Shown here in pieces: positions 16,319 through 30,796 of a DNA stretch of 64,000 nt. Positions within the stretch are counted from its first letter, which is position 1; every line of letters begins with the position of its first letter. Origin of the DNA: the human T2T-CHM13v2.0 reference genome, Homo sapiens. The DNA is taken from the NCBI RefSeq assembly GCF_009914755.1, contig NC_060930.1. One strand, given 5' to 3'. The position numbers and the translations under genes are program-made. Under the pieces are notes generated by a model. It worked only from the letters and a program-made list of their open reading frames with translations, ran no database searches and had not been told where the DNA came from.

Positions 16319-16682
16319 GACGAACTGGCTTACTATCTACTAGGCCATAAGGCTCCCCATCATAGCACCAAAAATCTTCAAGGAAACCTCTTTAGTCCCT
16401 TTTCAAATTGTAATTCGTGCTCCTTATATGCAAATTGGGGCATGACAGAGCCTATGTTCACCTTTTTCTGGGTTGACTAGTCAACTAAAACAACGCTAGT
16501 TCTGAACTATGGTCAGGAACTACATAGTTCCTACATCTCATGGTCAGTAACGCATATCGAGATCCAGGGTTTACCTCACCTCTTCATTTCTACCCCCTTG
16601 TGGATTCAACATGAGGCTGCCTGAGTAGGCACATTGAACCACAGTGGGCACTGGTCTCATGAGAGATTGCTGAGAGCCCCGC

Positions 16683-17067
16683 TGTCTTAGACAGTTACAG
16701 CTGCTATAACAGAATACTGTAGACTGGGCAGCTTAAACAACAACAATTATCTGGCATCTTGATTTTGGACTTCCCAGCCTCCAGAATTGTTCTGGGAAGT
16801 CCAAGCTCAAGATGCTAATTTGGTCCCTGGAGAAGGCTCTCTTGCTCTTGCAGATTGCTGCCTTCTTGCTGTATCCTCACCTGACTGAGAGAAAGTTTTT
16901 CTTTAGTCTCTTCTTATAAAGTCACAAATCCCATTCATGTGGTCATGAGGGCTCCACCCTCATGGGCTAATTACTTCCTAAAGGCCAAACCACCACATTG
17001 GTGATTAGGGCTTCAATATATTAATTAGGGCAAGGGGATGAGACACAAATATTTAGTCCTTGGCACA
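16683..17067 (-). mobile_element. MaLR solo LTR (MLT1A-like) with an internal inverted segment
   Basis: tgtcttag...gctgctataacagaatactgtagactgggcagcttaaacaac; end gagacacaaatatttagtcc. Confidence 0.8.
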
Positions 17068-17875
17068 AGCTCACCAACAGCCAAATGATGTATCACTGTC
17101 ACCATCCCCAACACTATTGTCCCTGTAATCACCATAGATCCATGGTGTGATGAAGATAAACTTTAAGCGAACAATGTTCTTGAAAATAAGGACAGCAATT
17201 TTTAGCATTCTCATATGAGTTCAAATTTAGTGTTTCTTGAATTTTAAATTTTGATTTATAAACAAATTGCTTTACAAGGAGCCAACAACTAGAGGTAGCC
17301 ATCTCTGTCACACATGGCAGTGAGCTATAAAGACTGAGACTTCAACATAATTTAGTATGTGTCTCAAAAAGAAAGCAATTTATCATGAGCACAAAACATT
17401 GACAACCCCACCATAGCTTCCAAAAAGCAGGCATGTATGAGACCCCCCAGGGCTGAGACTGTTTTGCGCTTGGTGTAGTAGAGACCTGGGGTCAAGGAAC
17501 TGACATATGCAATGATCTGAATTCCAGTAGAGTAAGCCATTATCTAACCTGAGTGCATTCTCCTGGAATACAGAGACTCCCTCTTTACCTTCTTTATATT
17601 CCTAGTGTTTGGCTCAGAATGAATCCTCATACATATTAGAGGATAACAGATATTCCATGACTTCAAACAAGAAAGATTTTAGAATTAATGTTTTCATATG
17701 GAGAAATCTGAACTGGTGTTGGTGCAGCATAAGCCGGGGAGGAACTAGTATTCATGTCTCTTTCTTTGCCACTAAAGGTAAGACTCATTAGCCAATGACT
17801 TCCTTTGAGAATGAGTCCAACACATACATTCTACATGAAGAACATGCCAAACATTTATTTCCAGGACAACTAAGT

Positions 17876-17877
<2 letters not shown>

Positions 17878-17909
<32 letters not shown>
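17878..17909. repeat. (TG)n microsatellite
   Basis: About 16 GT units. Confidence 0.95.
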
Positions 17910-17913
<4 letters not shown>

Positions 17914-20017
17914 GTTTAGTTTATAATGTCATATACCTGACAGGAAATCATGTGTGGGTTAATACTGATCATGCTACATTGAAGAGGCATTTATTGTTTC
18001 AATTATACAATGCCATTTTCATCACTAGTTTTTACCAGGAAATTCTATAAACAGCTGCTTAACCTGTACCTGTTATCAGAATTGTCTAACATTGTTATAT
18101 TAGAATTAGAATTGTCTAAGTATTGTTATAGTTACTGCCTAGAGCCAATAGCTCCTATCAGGGAGACACGATGCCTATCTCCTTTGAGAGAAAAAGGAAA
18201 AGACTGTTTCCAGATACTCAAGAGCCTTCCAGCACATTCATACTTCATCTGAAGACTCTGAACTTTATGAAAATAGAGTTATTTATTCATACATTTTTAG
18301 AATATTATTTGTCTTTGGAGCATCCAGGTAATCATTCATTTTCTGGTACTTGGAGCAACAGAAAAAGTTCACGAAGACTGAAATGGTAAAATGTTCCTTT
18401 TTTATGAGGACAAGTAGAAATTGCATTCCACCGAATACTGACCTAATATTTGTTTTTGACAAATTTCTTAAACTTACTAGTAAGCATGTGGTTTGGGAGT
18501 AAATTTGTTAAAATGCATTTATCCCTAGGGGCCAATATGGGTTTTTAGAAGTATAAAATGCCCGAATAAATAGACTTTCTTGATGATCGTTGAAAATGAT
18601 TGTCTTTAATGCAAAAGATGCATTCATAAAGATTTTGCACCATTCAAACTCACAAGGAGTGTCCCAGGAATTGTCTTAGCTGTCCTTGTTTAAACAGCCT
18701 TCTCCACTATTTTCTGGTTTCCACAATTTCTCTCTCTTTCACTGGCTCTGACTCTCTGTGAGGATTTCTACTTTCAAGACCTCCAATACTCTATATAATA
18801 GTGAAAATGTCTTGAAGCCATTACATCAATGGGCTTTCCATGTCCTTTCTCCATATATGGTGTTCCCCAAGATCCATTGTGCCATTATAATCCAAAGGGA
18901 AAGAAGAGAGAGAGTGCGTGACACTTCAGAAGGGCACCATGTATGCTGTAGAAGAAGGATCCCTAAGATTGGAAGTGAAAGTGCCAATCTGGTCTTGGTG
19001 GATGATGGGAAGGGAAAAAAAAGAAAAAGATTGGGCAGAAGGTTCAGACTTATAAGCTATCACTTTAATGGCAGAAATGTCCATATGGGTATAGGAAAGA
19101 TCAAGAGCATTCCGGGCCTAACAGCACCTCTGGGATGCAGCCACGTCAGCGTGGAGAAGGAGCCACAGACCCGCATTGGGGGAGGGCAGTGGCTAAATAG
19201 CTGCACGTGAGGGAGCATTCCAGGTTTCCCATGGTCTACACAGACCATGCACTGTAACTAGTGGTTTGCATGTACCATATTGAGCGGCACCAAGACTTGG
19301 GGTGAAAAAGAAGACATAGTATACTCCCCAGGCCCACAGTCTCCTGTCAGGCAGTAGTTCTAGAGTGATGACCAAATGACCACACAGGCACCATGTGATT
19401 CTCAGGTCTTGTCTCCTCCACCACAGCAAGTCACATGAACCTCTTCCCCCTCACATCAAGATGCCCCCTTGGAAAGTTGCAGTGGGAGGTGCAGCAGGAA
19501 ACAAAAAAAGAGCAAGTCATTATTTGAAATAGATGAAGCCTGATGAAATGGTGAGGTCACATATCGTCAGGCTTAAAGTTAGTTTTCTCTTGTGTTGAAG
19601 GATGTATTTTTAAGGGTCAAAACTATGACTCTCATCTGTTAAAGATTTTATTTCAAGTTATAAGGAAGCCAGTAAGACGTTAAAACCAGTTCAAAGGAGG
19701 ATTCACACACACACACATACAGGCCATCCAGAAGATTGAAATTAATTTTGAGAATTGGCCAATATCCACAAGGCAATTATTAACTCATCTCCACCAGACA
19801 CACTGGCAAGATCCATCTGCATTACTCTCAGTATTCTACAACTTACAGAGTTTTAAAATAGCTCAAAGGCAATAAGGGGAGAGTTAACCAAGAAGGGTGT
19901 ACTAGATGGGATAGTAACATTTTTGCTCAAAATCTCTCACAATTTTTTCCTGATAGTTGCTACCAAAAAATGAGGATTCTTGCAAAAGTCCAAATCAGTT
20001 ATAGAAATTGACATTAA

Positions 20018-20148
20018 AGCTGGGCCTGGTGGCACATGCCTGTAATCCCAGCTACTCGGGAGGCTGAGGCAGGAGGATTGCTAGAGTCCAGGAGTTTGAG
20101 ACCAGTTTGGCAACATAGTGAGATCTCATTTCAAAAAAAAACAAAAAA
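20018..20148 (+). mobile_element. FLAM_A-like Alu monomer
   Basis: gctgggcctggtggcacatgcctgtaatcccagctactc...caacatagtgagatctcatttcaaaa. Confidence 0.82.
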
Positions 20149-20177
20149 GTGAAGTTAAATTTTCTTTGCATATTTTA

Positions 20178-20471
<294 letters not shown>

Positions 20472-20982
20472 CTATGAAGTCAGCTTCCAAGATATTACTA
20501 CCATCTGCCATTAATGTTCATCTGAGTTATTCCTCATCAGTGCTCTGCAGAACTGAAGGTGACTCACTGAGCCAAAGGCTCTGAGAACCTGAAGCATTTG
20601 CATGCAGGGCCCTCAAAGCCAGTGCTGCCAGAGTCTGGACTTTGATGAAGTGAAGAGAATACCTCTCTCCCTGCTGAGTGCCAACACCATTTATATGAGG
20701 AGACCCAGTGCCATGCTCTCATCTTAGAGAACTGTCCTTTAGATTCTGTTTGGAGCCCCTCTCCCTAGGACCCAAACTTAAGTTCTTGTGGGCCAGGCCC
20801 AAGGGCGATCCGAGTGACAGGTAATGATGATTAGATCCATACTTTCATTCTTTGACTATTGAAGGCCTCCTTGTTTGTGATTCTATTCCATCCATCCATC
20901 CTTTCATCCATCCATCTATCTATCCAATCTTCCAATTAGTCATAACAGGTCATGCAATTGGGCTAATATTATTAAAAATTAG

Positions 20983-21339
<357 letters not shown>

Positions 21340-22003
21340 CAGAAAGCTCTGTCTTCCAATCCAGGGAAATAGTGTGTCATCTTGGGGAAGCAGCAAAGTG
21401 CTAGAGTCAAAGAAATTCAAACTTATTGGCTTGCTCACTCTCTGTAGGCAAATTATTAACATCTGTGAAATATGGGGATGTTAATTTCCACCACCTCATA
21501 AAGTTGATGCAATAATTAGGGATTCATTTGACAAATAATGATCAATTATTAGGTGCGAATTCCTGTAGTCCACCACATCTACCATGTAGCTAGGTCTCAG
21601 GTTCAGCCCAATTGCCAATAACACTCTTTTCCTCCCACTTAATATTTATATCTTATTTCCTCATTAGTCATTTATGTAAACTTTACTATTTTTATTCTTT
21701 CTGATTGGTTTACTGGCATATTATTATTCTCTATCTTACTATAAAACTAATATTCGAGTCATAATGCTGTTAACTTGTTTGTAATCTCATTAACATAACT
21801 GCTTTGGGCTATAATGACCTCATTTTTCTCTTCTTAAAGTGTGCACTCATCATGAATGATTTCATTTATTCTTAGTTCTTACCACTTCCTTCTTGACTTC
21901 AGATTGCCTACTGGAATTTTCTAGTTTGTGATTTGTAACTGGGATTACTTACGTGTTCAAACCCAAAGTTGCCAGCCTCCCCTAGGATCTGTTCCTATTA
22001 TTC

Positions 22004-22309
22004 TTTTTTTTTTTTTCTTTTTGAGACAGAGTCTCACTCTGTCACCCAGGCTGGAGTGCAATGCCGTGATCTCGGCTCACTGCAACCTCCACCTTCCTGG
22101 ATGGAAGCAATTGATTCTCCTGCCTCAGCCTCCGGAGTAGCTGAGGTTACAGGCACACACCACCACGTCAAGCTAATTTTGGTATTTTTCATAGAGACTG
22201 GGTGTCGCCATGTTGGCCAGGCTGGTCTCAAACTCCTGACCTCAGGTGATCTGCCGCCTCGGCCTCCCAAAGTGCTGAGATTACAGGCATGAGCCACTTG
22301 TGCCCGGCC
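22004..22309 (-). mobile_element. AluSx-like
   Basis: Full antisense dimer; TSD CCTATTATTCTTTT. Confidence 0.92.
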
Positions 22310-22852
22310 CCTATTATTCTTTTTGTTCTAAGCATCATGTTTCTGACCAGTACAGCATGTCAACTTCCCAGTTTGTGCATAACCTGGACCCTTTCCAGCT
22401 TTCCATTGTTCTACAAAGATGGCTCTCTTCCAGGCCAATGGTAAGGGCTGGAGAGAGAAAGGGGCTAGAAAGCCCTCCAGAAGTTCAAAGCCAGTGGATA
22501 GAAATTAAAAAGAGACAGATATTTAATTCAACATGTGAAATAACTTTCTTAACATTTTTGTTTCAAAAGTTGAATAGGGTATTCCAGGAGATGCTGAGGT
22601 CCTTTTACTGTACTGTTCGAGCTGAGACTAAAAGACCATCCTATTGAGTGGGAGAGGACGAATAAAACAGTCTCGGAGCTTCTATGTTTCCGGTTACCTC
22701 TTGGGACAATGAAGAACCAGCTCCAACGACAGCGAGGAGACCAACCCTTTCTTGTTGCCTCTTTCTTTCTCTCCATCCTAAGGAGAGGCTCTTCGGGGAC
22801 AAGAAGTAGAGAAGAGAAGATCACTGGAGAAGGGTGTTAAAAGGAGGCTTCC

Positions 22853-23137
22853 GGCCAGGCACTGTGGCTCATGCCTATAACCCCAGCACTTTGGGAGGCC
22901 GAGGTGGGCTCATTGCTTGAGCCCGGGAGTTCAAGACCAGCCTGGGCAACATGACTAAACCTCGTCTCTACAAAAAACACAAAAATTAGTCAGGCATGTG
23001 CCTGTAGTCCCAGGTATTCAGAGGTGAGGTGAGAGGATCACTTGAGCCCAGGAGGTCGAGGCTGCAGAGAGCTGAGATGGCACCACTGCACTCCAGCATG
23101 GGTGACAGATCGAGACCCTGTCTTTAAAAAAAAAAAA
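22853..23137 (+). mobile_element. AluJ
   Basis: ttgcttgagcccgggagttcaagaccagcctgggcaac; ggaggtcgaggctgcag; A tail. Confidence 0.9.
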
Positions 23138-24469
23138 GAAACTTTCTTCATTCTTATTTTTACCTTATGATTTCCACAGGACTAAAAAACTTTCATTAAG
23201 TAATTTCTATAGGACTAAAAGAGCCCCAGTGAAATTTCTATTTGGGAGCCGAAGATTTACATTCATATCCGTCATCATTAAACAAATATTTATGCAATGC
23301 TGGCAATGTGAAATGTCTCATGGAGACTAAATGAGGGATTAACTGCAAAGGACATAGCCCAGAACAGCATATAAACAACAAACGGGAGTTCCCTTTGGCC
23401 ACCAGGGCCGTGCTGGTACGTCACTCTGGAAACGTTCTGTTGTTTCATTTGAGGATTAGCAAAACCCCTGTCTCCGTTCTGCTTCTTTGTATTAAAATGA
23501 AAAGCTCCTCTGTTCTTTAACGTATTATGTTCATAGCATAATAAATATCTGCAACTCAATTCATGGGTGTTCTGTATCCGCATTCTGCGGCCCCCCTCTG
23601 AACAGTGAGGAAGCATTTGTGTGTGTTCTTCCATGTGTTCTAGATATAAGATTACTTGCCCCAGGACAAAGATTATCTTTGGATTTGCTTTAAGTCTAGC
23701 ACAGAGCCAAATATATGAAATGTTTATAAAGATGTTCATAAAAATGTCAAAGAGGGGACTTTCCTTCATGCAATGCTTGTCATTTTTCAGCCTTATTTTA
23801 GTTATAGGTGAAGAACAAAGTGTTCAATCAATTTGCATTCCCGTTTGTACTGAAGAAAAAAAACTGCATGTAAGGACATAAATGTTTGACTAGTTGTACG
23901 TGAAGAACTCTTATCTGGAAAGGAAGATGACAATGCTAATGATGAATTCACGGAGGAAATGCATTAGATAAAGCAGATTGTCATCTTTTGTTTCAAATCA
24001 TGAAAGGGATAGGGGACATGCCTAACCATAGTGTGTCAACCAGGAGGGTATTTTACACGTTCTTAGATATGATATTAGTGATTGAGACTGTTTCCCAGCA
24101 AGGCGTAACCACTGATTATTACCAAAAAAAAGTTCAGCTTTATGATAAATGTACTGTATGAACTCTAGCATCTCTGCTGCAATTGTTTCTTTGTGTGCAG
24201 CACAGCTATGATTAACCTTATTGCCTGGCTACCTCCTGGAATATTATGAAAGTCAGTGATGTGATATTAGCAAAAGACATCCAACTCTTAGTCTTCAGCT
24301 TCAAAGAAAAGCCTGAGCCATCAGTGACAAGAAACAGATGGTCTTACTGAAGGGCAGAGAAGGAGGCTGCAAAATCTGTGGTGAGAATGTCAAGCGAGAG
24401 GTTCCCAAAGCCCCCTCATTCTGACATCTCAGAAGCCTGTCTCTCATTAAGAGACACATGAACCCTTAG

Positions 24470-24883
<414 letters not shown>

Positions 24884-24944
24884 TGAAGATGGAATAACTT
24901 TTCTTGTGCCTCTTTCCGTTTTCTCTCTTTGCATCCTTATCTTC

Positions 24945-25105
24945 AGTTTTAGAGCCCAGTGCAAAATGATAATGTGGAATCCCATGTTAGAAAATTAAGA
25001 ATTTCAAGATGGTGACTGACAGCAGAGTGTTAAACTGAGCATGAGGTCCTGTTAAGTGTGGGGCCATATGTGAATGATCTGGTGGCATGCCCATGAAGGG
25101 GGTTT
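24945..25105 (-). mobile_element. MER91A-like hAT element
   Basis: gcccagtgcaaaatgataatgtgg...aagaatttcaagatggtgac...agcagagtgttaaac...cccatgaag matches the reverse of recalled MER91A. Confidence 0.7.
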
Positions 25106-26015
25106 GCTCCCACCCCTTTACCAACAGGCCTTCAGCCTCCATGAGAAGTCTCTTCTTGGCTGGTCCAAGGGAAGTGCCTACCCCATAGTGCCCCAGACAG
25201 TCCCATTCTTAATTTTTCTTCCTTGGAACCCTGCTCTCTGCCCCCACTCAGCTGAGTTTGTATGTGATAAGATGCTGATGTTGGTATTCCGTAACGATGG
25301 AATAATAAGGTACAAGGAGCTGGCATTTTAACTCACTCTAGAGTCTCTGGTAGAAGGATTTCTAGGACAAAATTCTATAGGAAAGTATTTGAACATTTTC
25401 ATTTACAGATAATTCAACCTCTTGCTTTTTCCTACCTGTGATTTGACCACGAGTGTTGGGATGTTTTTATCTATATATCCATCTGACATTTATTGAAGAC
25501 TTTCTATCTCCCAGGCCTGGTGCTAGGTCCTGGGAATGCAAAGGGTAATAAAATTTGTTCCCAATCTTTGAAGAGCTTCCTTCTACTATGATTAGCAGAT
25601 ACAAAGGAGAAAAAGCATATAAATTGTATAAATCGTACTAGCGCTGACCTCCCATGAGACACATAAAGCAGTTTTGTGATACTGGAGAATGAAGTGTAGG
25701 TGGTGAGAAGGATGGAGCGTGGAAAGCATTTTGTTTGTTTGTTTTTAACTACTCTCGTAGGTAAAAGCTGAGTAGTTACAAGACAGATGTGCAGAAACAT
25801 AACTAATTTTATTTCTAAAATTGACTTGGTGTTGCTACGAATCCCACAGTCTGCTTAAAGGAGAGCTCTTGTTCTATACCACTCAGTGTACTCAATCCCA
25901 TGCAGTGATTTTTCAGCCAAATTCATGTATTTTATCTCAGGATTTTCCAGCTCAGACACAGTTCTTTCTGGGGGGTAAATGCCTGATTATGTAGGGATTC
26001 TTCCCCATCTCCCTC

Positions 26016-26457
26016 TGAGAAAGATTCTCCTTTCACCAAATGTGAGTCAGGCTTCTCTGAGGCCTCTTTCTGATGAGGTCCTAACCTTGGGCTTCTCTAT
26101 CTGCCCTTGTAGAATCCAGTTTGACCAAGAATCCTGCTAAGTCAGTTTAGCAAAAATCCCCCTTCTTTGGAATCTGTCTTTATCCCCCCACCCTCGTTCT
26201 GTTATCGCCCTGGCCTGCCTTCAGCAAGAATTCTATTTTGTCCATCTAAGAAGAAATCCCCTTCTTCCTGATGTTTCCTCTTAGTAATTTTCCACTGAGA
26301 AATTCCTGGCCTTGGCTATCAATCCCCCCTTGCCCTCATTGGAGTCAGAGGTGAGCCCAGCCTCTCTCCCCTACTGCAAGGGCCCAGTACAGTGGTCTCT
26401 ATACCTATAGCGATAGTTCCCAAGTGACAAGTGTTGTGAATGATTTTCTCTTTAACA
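26016..26457 (+). mobile_element. ERV1 solo LTR, MER31-like
   Basis: tgagaaagattctcctttcaccaaatgtgagtcaggcttctctgag...caagaatcctgctaagtcagtttagc...ttttctctttaaca (TG...CA). Confidence 0.75.
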
Positions 26458-27749
26458 CTTCTTCGCCTGCTCTTTTCTAAGTTCCTAGGGCACAGAAGTT
26501 ACCATGTGTTGTTTTGTATTAGGGAGGGTGACCCTCCAGTCCTCTACTCACTGCTGACTCACCCATGTCCTTTTCAGACATGGGCCTCCCTCCGTGTGGC
26601 CTCTGCTGTGGTGGACCTGCCTGGTCACAGGACATCCAGGGCCAGAAGCTCTGAAGGTAGTGCAGCCTCATCTCCACAATAACATCACAATCCTGCTGCT
26701 GTCACTGCCATTGGCCTTCACTCTCCTACTTTGGGACCTGGGTACTAAGTTATGGCCTCAGAGTACAGGCCTTGGTGAGGCTATGTGGGGGCCACCTTCC
26801 TCAGCCCATTCCCCAGCCACAAAGATCACGCAGGTGGAACACAGGCTCAACCCCATACTTCTCCGGAAGGCCGGCAAATCTCCCAGCTACCCCCAGGAGA
26901 ACAGAGTTCCAGAACATTCTCATGTTCCCTTGAAACTGTATGTACCGCACCCCACCTCAGATTCTGGGCCCGATGCAAGAGCCAGAGGATCTTCCTGCCT
27001 CCTCCCTGCCCTCTCCACTCCCAACTCCCTTGGGCTTTTCTACTGAGAGAAGGGAACTGCCTCTTATCCTGCATTCTTCCTAGATCTGTGATCCGCTCTA
27101 CAGTTAGCCCTCTAAGTTTAGTTTCTTGACATGTGGAATGTAAACTGAGAGTTCTCAGAAAACTCCTGTCTCTTGAAAGCCTGATTTCTGAGTCTGCTGT
27201 CTCCTTACGGACTTTAACATGTAAACCCAAGCCTGAGCAACGGCTTTTTTCTTCCACTTGTCTCTGTCTTCCTCTTTCCTGGGGCCAGGTCTGCATAGTT
27301 ACATAGGTCTGAGCAAAAAGTCAGAACTACTGGGAAGGGAAAAGAAAACTGTTTCAGATGCTCCACTAGGTCCAGGAGTGGGAACTTTATCCCATAAATA
27401 TGAAGTGCCACTGAAGACTTTTTTTAGAAAAGCGGTACCACTGAGCAGAGGCAGAGCTTACATACAGGCTGTGTCTGGTCCAAGCAGTTGCAAGCATTTA
27501 AAAACCAAGAGATTTCACATACAAGTCTGGTTTTCTAGCTTCTCTTATACGAAGATCTGGCAAAAGTGGATTCCCATTCCAGGAAAACAACAAATGGCTG
27601 TGGCTGAGGAGTGCTCACCTTTTTTGGATGGACACAATCTTCCTATTTTATCATAGTCCCAGTCAGCCCACTTCATTAATTTCTGGTACCTTCCTGGGCC
27701 CTGCACCTTCCTCACTTATTCCCGTTACCTATTTCACAGGGATTTGTGA

Positions 27750-28472
27750 AAGACAGATTTGAGGGGCACCAAAAATAGTACCAAAGAAACCAGTCAGGAT
27801 GCTGTCAGGGAGGTCAGTGAGAGCTCCTGGGGGTTTAATTTAGAGCACTTTGAGTAAGGAGGGAGAAGAGAGTCAGATTAAATGTGGGCCGGGGGCGCTG
27901 GCTCATGCCTGTAATCCCAGCACTTTGGGAGGCCGAGGTGGGCAGATCGTGTGAGGTCAGGCGTTCAAGACCAGCCTGGTCAACATGGTGAAACCACGGC
28001 TCTACAAAAACACAAAAGTTAGCTGGGCATGATAGCCGGTGCCTGTAATCTGAGATACTCGTGAGGCTGAGGCAGGAGAGTTGCTTGAACCCAGGAGGTA
28101 GAGGTTGGAGTGAGCCAAGATGGAAATTGTGCCACCACTGCACTCCAGCCTGGGAGACAAGAGTGAGACGCTGTCAAAAAAAAAAAAAAAAAAAAAAAGA
28201 TTAAAGAGTGTGGGGAGGTGACCTGGGCAATGAGAAGTGAGAGAGAGGAAGAGGACAAGAACGACACCCAGGTTTCAGGCCTGAGTAACCAGTGAACTGT
28301 TAGCTAAAGAGTGAGGATGCTAGAAAGCCAAGTTTGAGAATAGTGAGTTTGAGGGACCCGAGAGACAATTAACTGAAGATGTTCACCAACTGGAAGCACA
28401 CTGGCATGATCTAATATAAAGATATAATTTTGATATTAACAGTATATAAGCATAAGTTAGAACCATGAGAGT
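27750..28472 (-). mobile_element. L2 relic interrupted by an Alu
   Basis: acccaggtttcaggcctgagtaacc...gagtttgaggg...gaaccatgagagt. Confidence 0.55.
27887..28198 (+). mobile_element. AluSx-like
   Basis: Full dimer, long A tail, TSD core AGATTAAA. Confidence 0.92.
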
Positions 28473-28474
28473 TT

Positions 28475-29300
28475 TGTCAGGGAAGGAATAAAAATCTTCC
28501 TCAAACCCCAGAAGTCCTTTTTTTTTTCTTTGAGAGAAGGTTTCATTCTGCCTCCCAGGCTTGAGTGCAGGGGCACAATCATGGTTCATTGCAACCTCCA
28601 CCTCCTAAGCTCAAGTGATCTTCCCACCAACTCCCAAGTAGCTGAGACCCCAGGCACACACCACCACGCCAGGCTAATTTTTTGTGTTTTTTTGGTAGAG
28701 ATGGGGTTTCACCATGTTGCCCAGGCTAGTCTCAAACTCCTGGACTCGAGCAATCCGCCAGCCTCAGACTCCCAAAGTGTTGAGATTACAGATGTGAGCC
28801 ACTGCGCTGCGCCTCCTGTGAGTTCTTAGTTGGGACAGACTCCTGTAACAAAAGACAGATGAACAAGAGGAAAACAAACACGTTTATTGACACATGCAGT
28901 GCACATCACACTGGAGAAACCTCAGTAAGAATGATCTCAAAGCAGTGGCCTAGAACTCTGGCTTCTAAAGCATCTTCGACAAAGAACAATCAATATGTAG
29001 ATAAATGACAGGATGAAGGGCAGTAGTCTTAGGCTTCCAAAGAGAGGAAACTGTGGGAAGGTAAATATGGGAGAAAGCTGACAGAATAATGTTTATTTGC
29101 AGATTCCTCTGGTGCTGTATCTGGGCTGATGAGGGTATAAAGCTCTCCAGCAGAGGAGAATTTACATCCCATCTTCAGGAAGGAAAAAAGGAGGATAGGG
29201 AGAGTTTCCCCTTTTTCTGCTGCTTCTTAATTGTCTTTAGCTCAAAAATAATTTTTGTCAACGAGGCATATTTTGGGTTGACATATTCTGGTTTCCTATA
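28475..29300 (-). mobile_element. ERV1 LTR, MER34-like, interrupted by AluJ
   Basis: tgtaacaaaagacagatgaacaagaggaaaacaaac...tttattga; end gcatattttgggttgacatattctggtttcctata. Confidence 0.72.
28518..28813 (-). mobile_element. AluJ
   Basis: Antisense dimer with J-type features (ttgcccaggctagtctcaaactcctggactcgagc). Confidence 0.9.
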
Positions 29301-29699
29301 GTTTCTTCTCCCGTTTCTCTCTTCTCCACCCCTTCCCCACACCACGCATAAACACAGACAACACAGACACTTGCTCTCAACTTTGATATCAGGCCCAGTG
29401 AGTGCCTCTTACTCCACTCAAATAAAGCAACTCCTAATGACATCCCAGCTGGCCATTGTCACAGCCAACAAACGCCAAAGACTATGGGAACATTCTCCTT
29501 CATTCACTTCACCCATGAAAATTGTATAAAGCCAAAATTTCATTTGTATTTAGTTGAATATTCCCTAGAACCCTCCTGCCTTTACTCTTTTCTTGGCTGA
29601 CGTTTGCTTGTTCCTTAAGTTTCCATGTAACGCTTCTTCCTCAAAGTACCCTACAGTGCACCAAATTCTAAGTCACTTAGTAATCATCTTCCATTTCAC

Positions 29700-29890
29700 C
29701 TTTCACCTTACATTCTCAGTATTTATCAGAAATTATAATTAAACACTTGTATGATTATTTGCTTCGTGTCCACTGCCCCACTAGATGTAAGGACAAGGAG
29801 AACAGGGAATGTTGTTTGCTTTTGTTTTCACTGGTATCCGCAATAGACTTGACTCACAGTGGGAATTCATGACTATTTATTAAATTGATT
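29700..29890 (+). mobile_element. L2 3' end
   Basis: ccccactagatgtaag...gagaacaggga...ttgttttcactggtatcc...cacagtggg...tatttattaaattgatt. Confidence 0.6.
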
Positions 29891-30796
29891 AAAAATAGTT
29901 CAGATCAAGCTTTTTAAAAAATAGTTTTTTAAACAAATACACAACATTCTTCCTCACCTGCCCATGAGGGAAGAATTGTTATGGGAATTGTGCTTTTCTA
30001 TAAACAACTAGGAATATAGACAAAATATGTGAAACAATGTTTTTCGAATATTTAGACAGCAGGCACAGCTGGATTGTGATCCTCTGGGAGAAGAGAAACA
30101 AACCAGGTGACTCTGATTGTTACAGCTTTCTGTGTGGAGACAATTTCCAGACCACAGGAAGGGGAAAGAAAGCCTGGTGATCTCTTTAAATAGAGGAGAC
30201 AGATAAAGAAGATAGCAGAGACTGAGATTTCTGCTATGTGTATGGCAGAGTGCCAGAGAGGAAGAAATTACACAAGGAAAGGGATCCAACGATCCCCTTA
30301 GGCCCAAATACTAATACTCCTTGGCTGAATACTAATCTGTGCATGGTAGGCTAAATTTCCATGAGGCTGAGGAAAGAATAACTGCCACAGTAATATAAGC
30401 TGAACAACTTCCTGAACTCAAACACATCTGGGAGAAATTTGGATCCCTACCAGCCAGAATGGACAGGCCTCATTGAATACCCAGTGCATTCAGTAGAGAC
30501 TCCAGAAGGGTTATGTCTTAGTAATAAGTCTAAACTAGCTCTAGAATAAAAACTATTTTACAATGATCCTAAGAAAGCTTAAAAACAAGTATCTAAAATC
30601 AAAAAGATGACAAGTTATCTCATTGCTTGCTTCATAATATTCAGCATTTTTAAACGAAAGATAACAAAATCGAAACACTCACCAGCATAGAATTCATAAT
30701 GTCTACCATTCAATGAAAAATTACTAGATATGCAAAAGAAAAGCCACAAAATGTGATCCATAATCAGGGAGATAATTAGTCAATAGGAACAACCAG

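Noticed and set aside
18078-18130. Imperfect ~30-bp duplication (similar one at 33537-33595)
   Set aside because: Old, diverged slippage products with no further signal.
26555-26662. Acceptor ttttcag at 26577 with possible donor AAG|gtagtg, and overlapping 114-150 aa ORFs
   Set aside because: The donor is weak, I recognise no homology, and there is no supporting exon chain.
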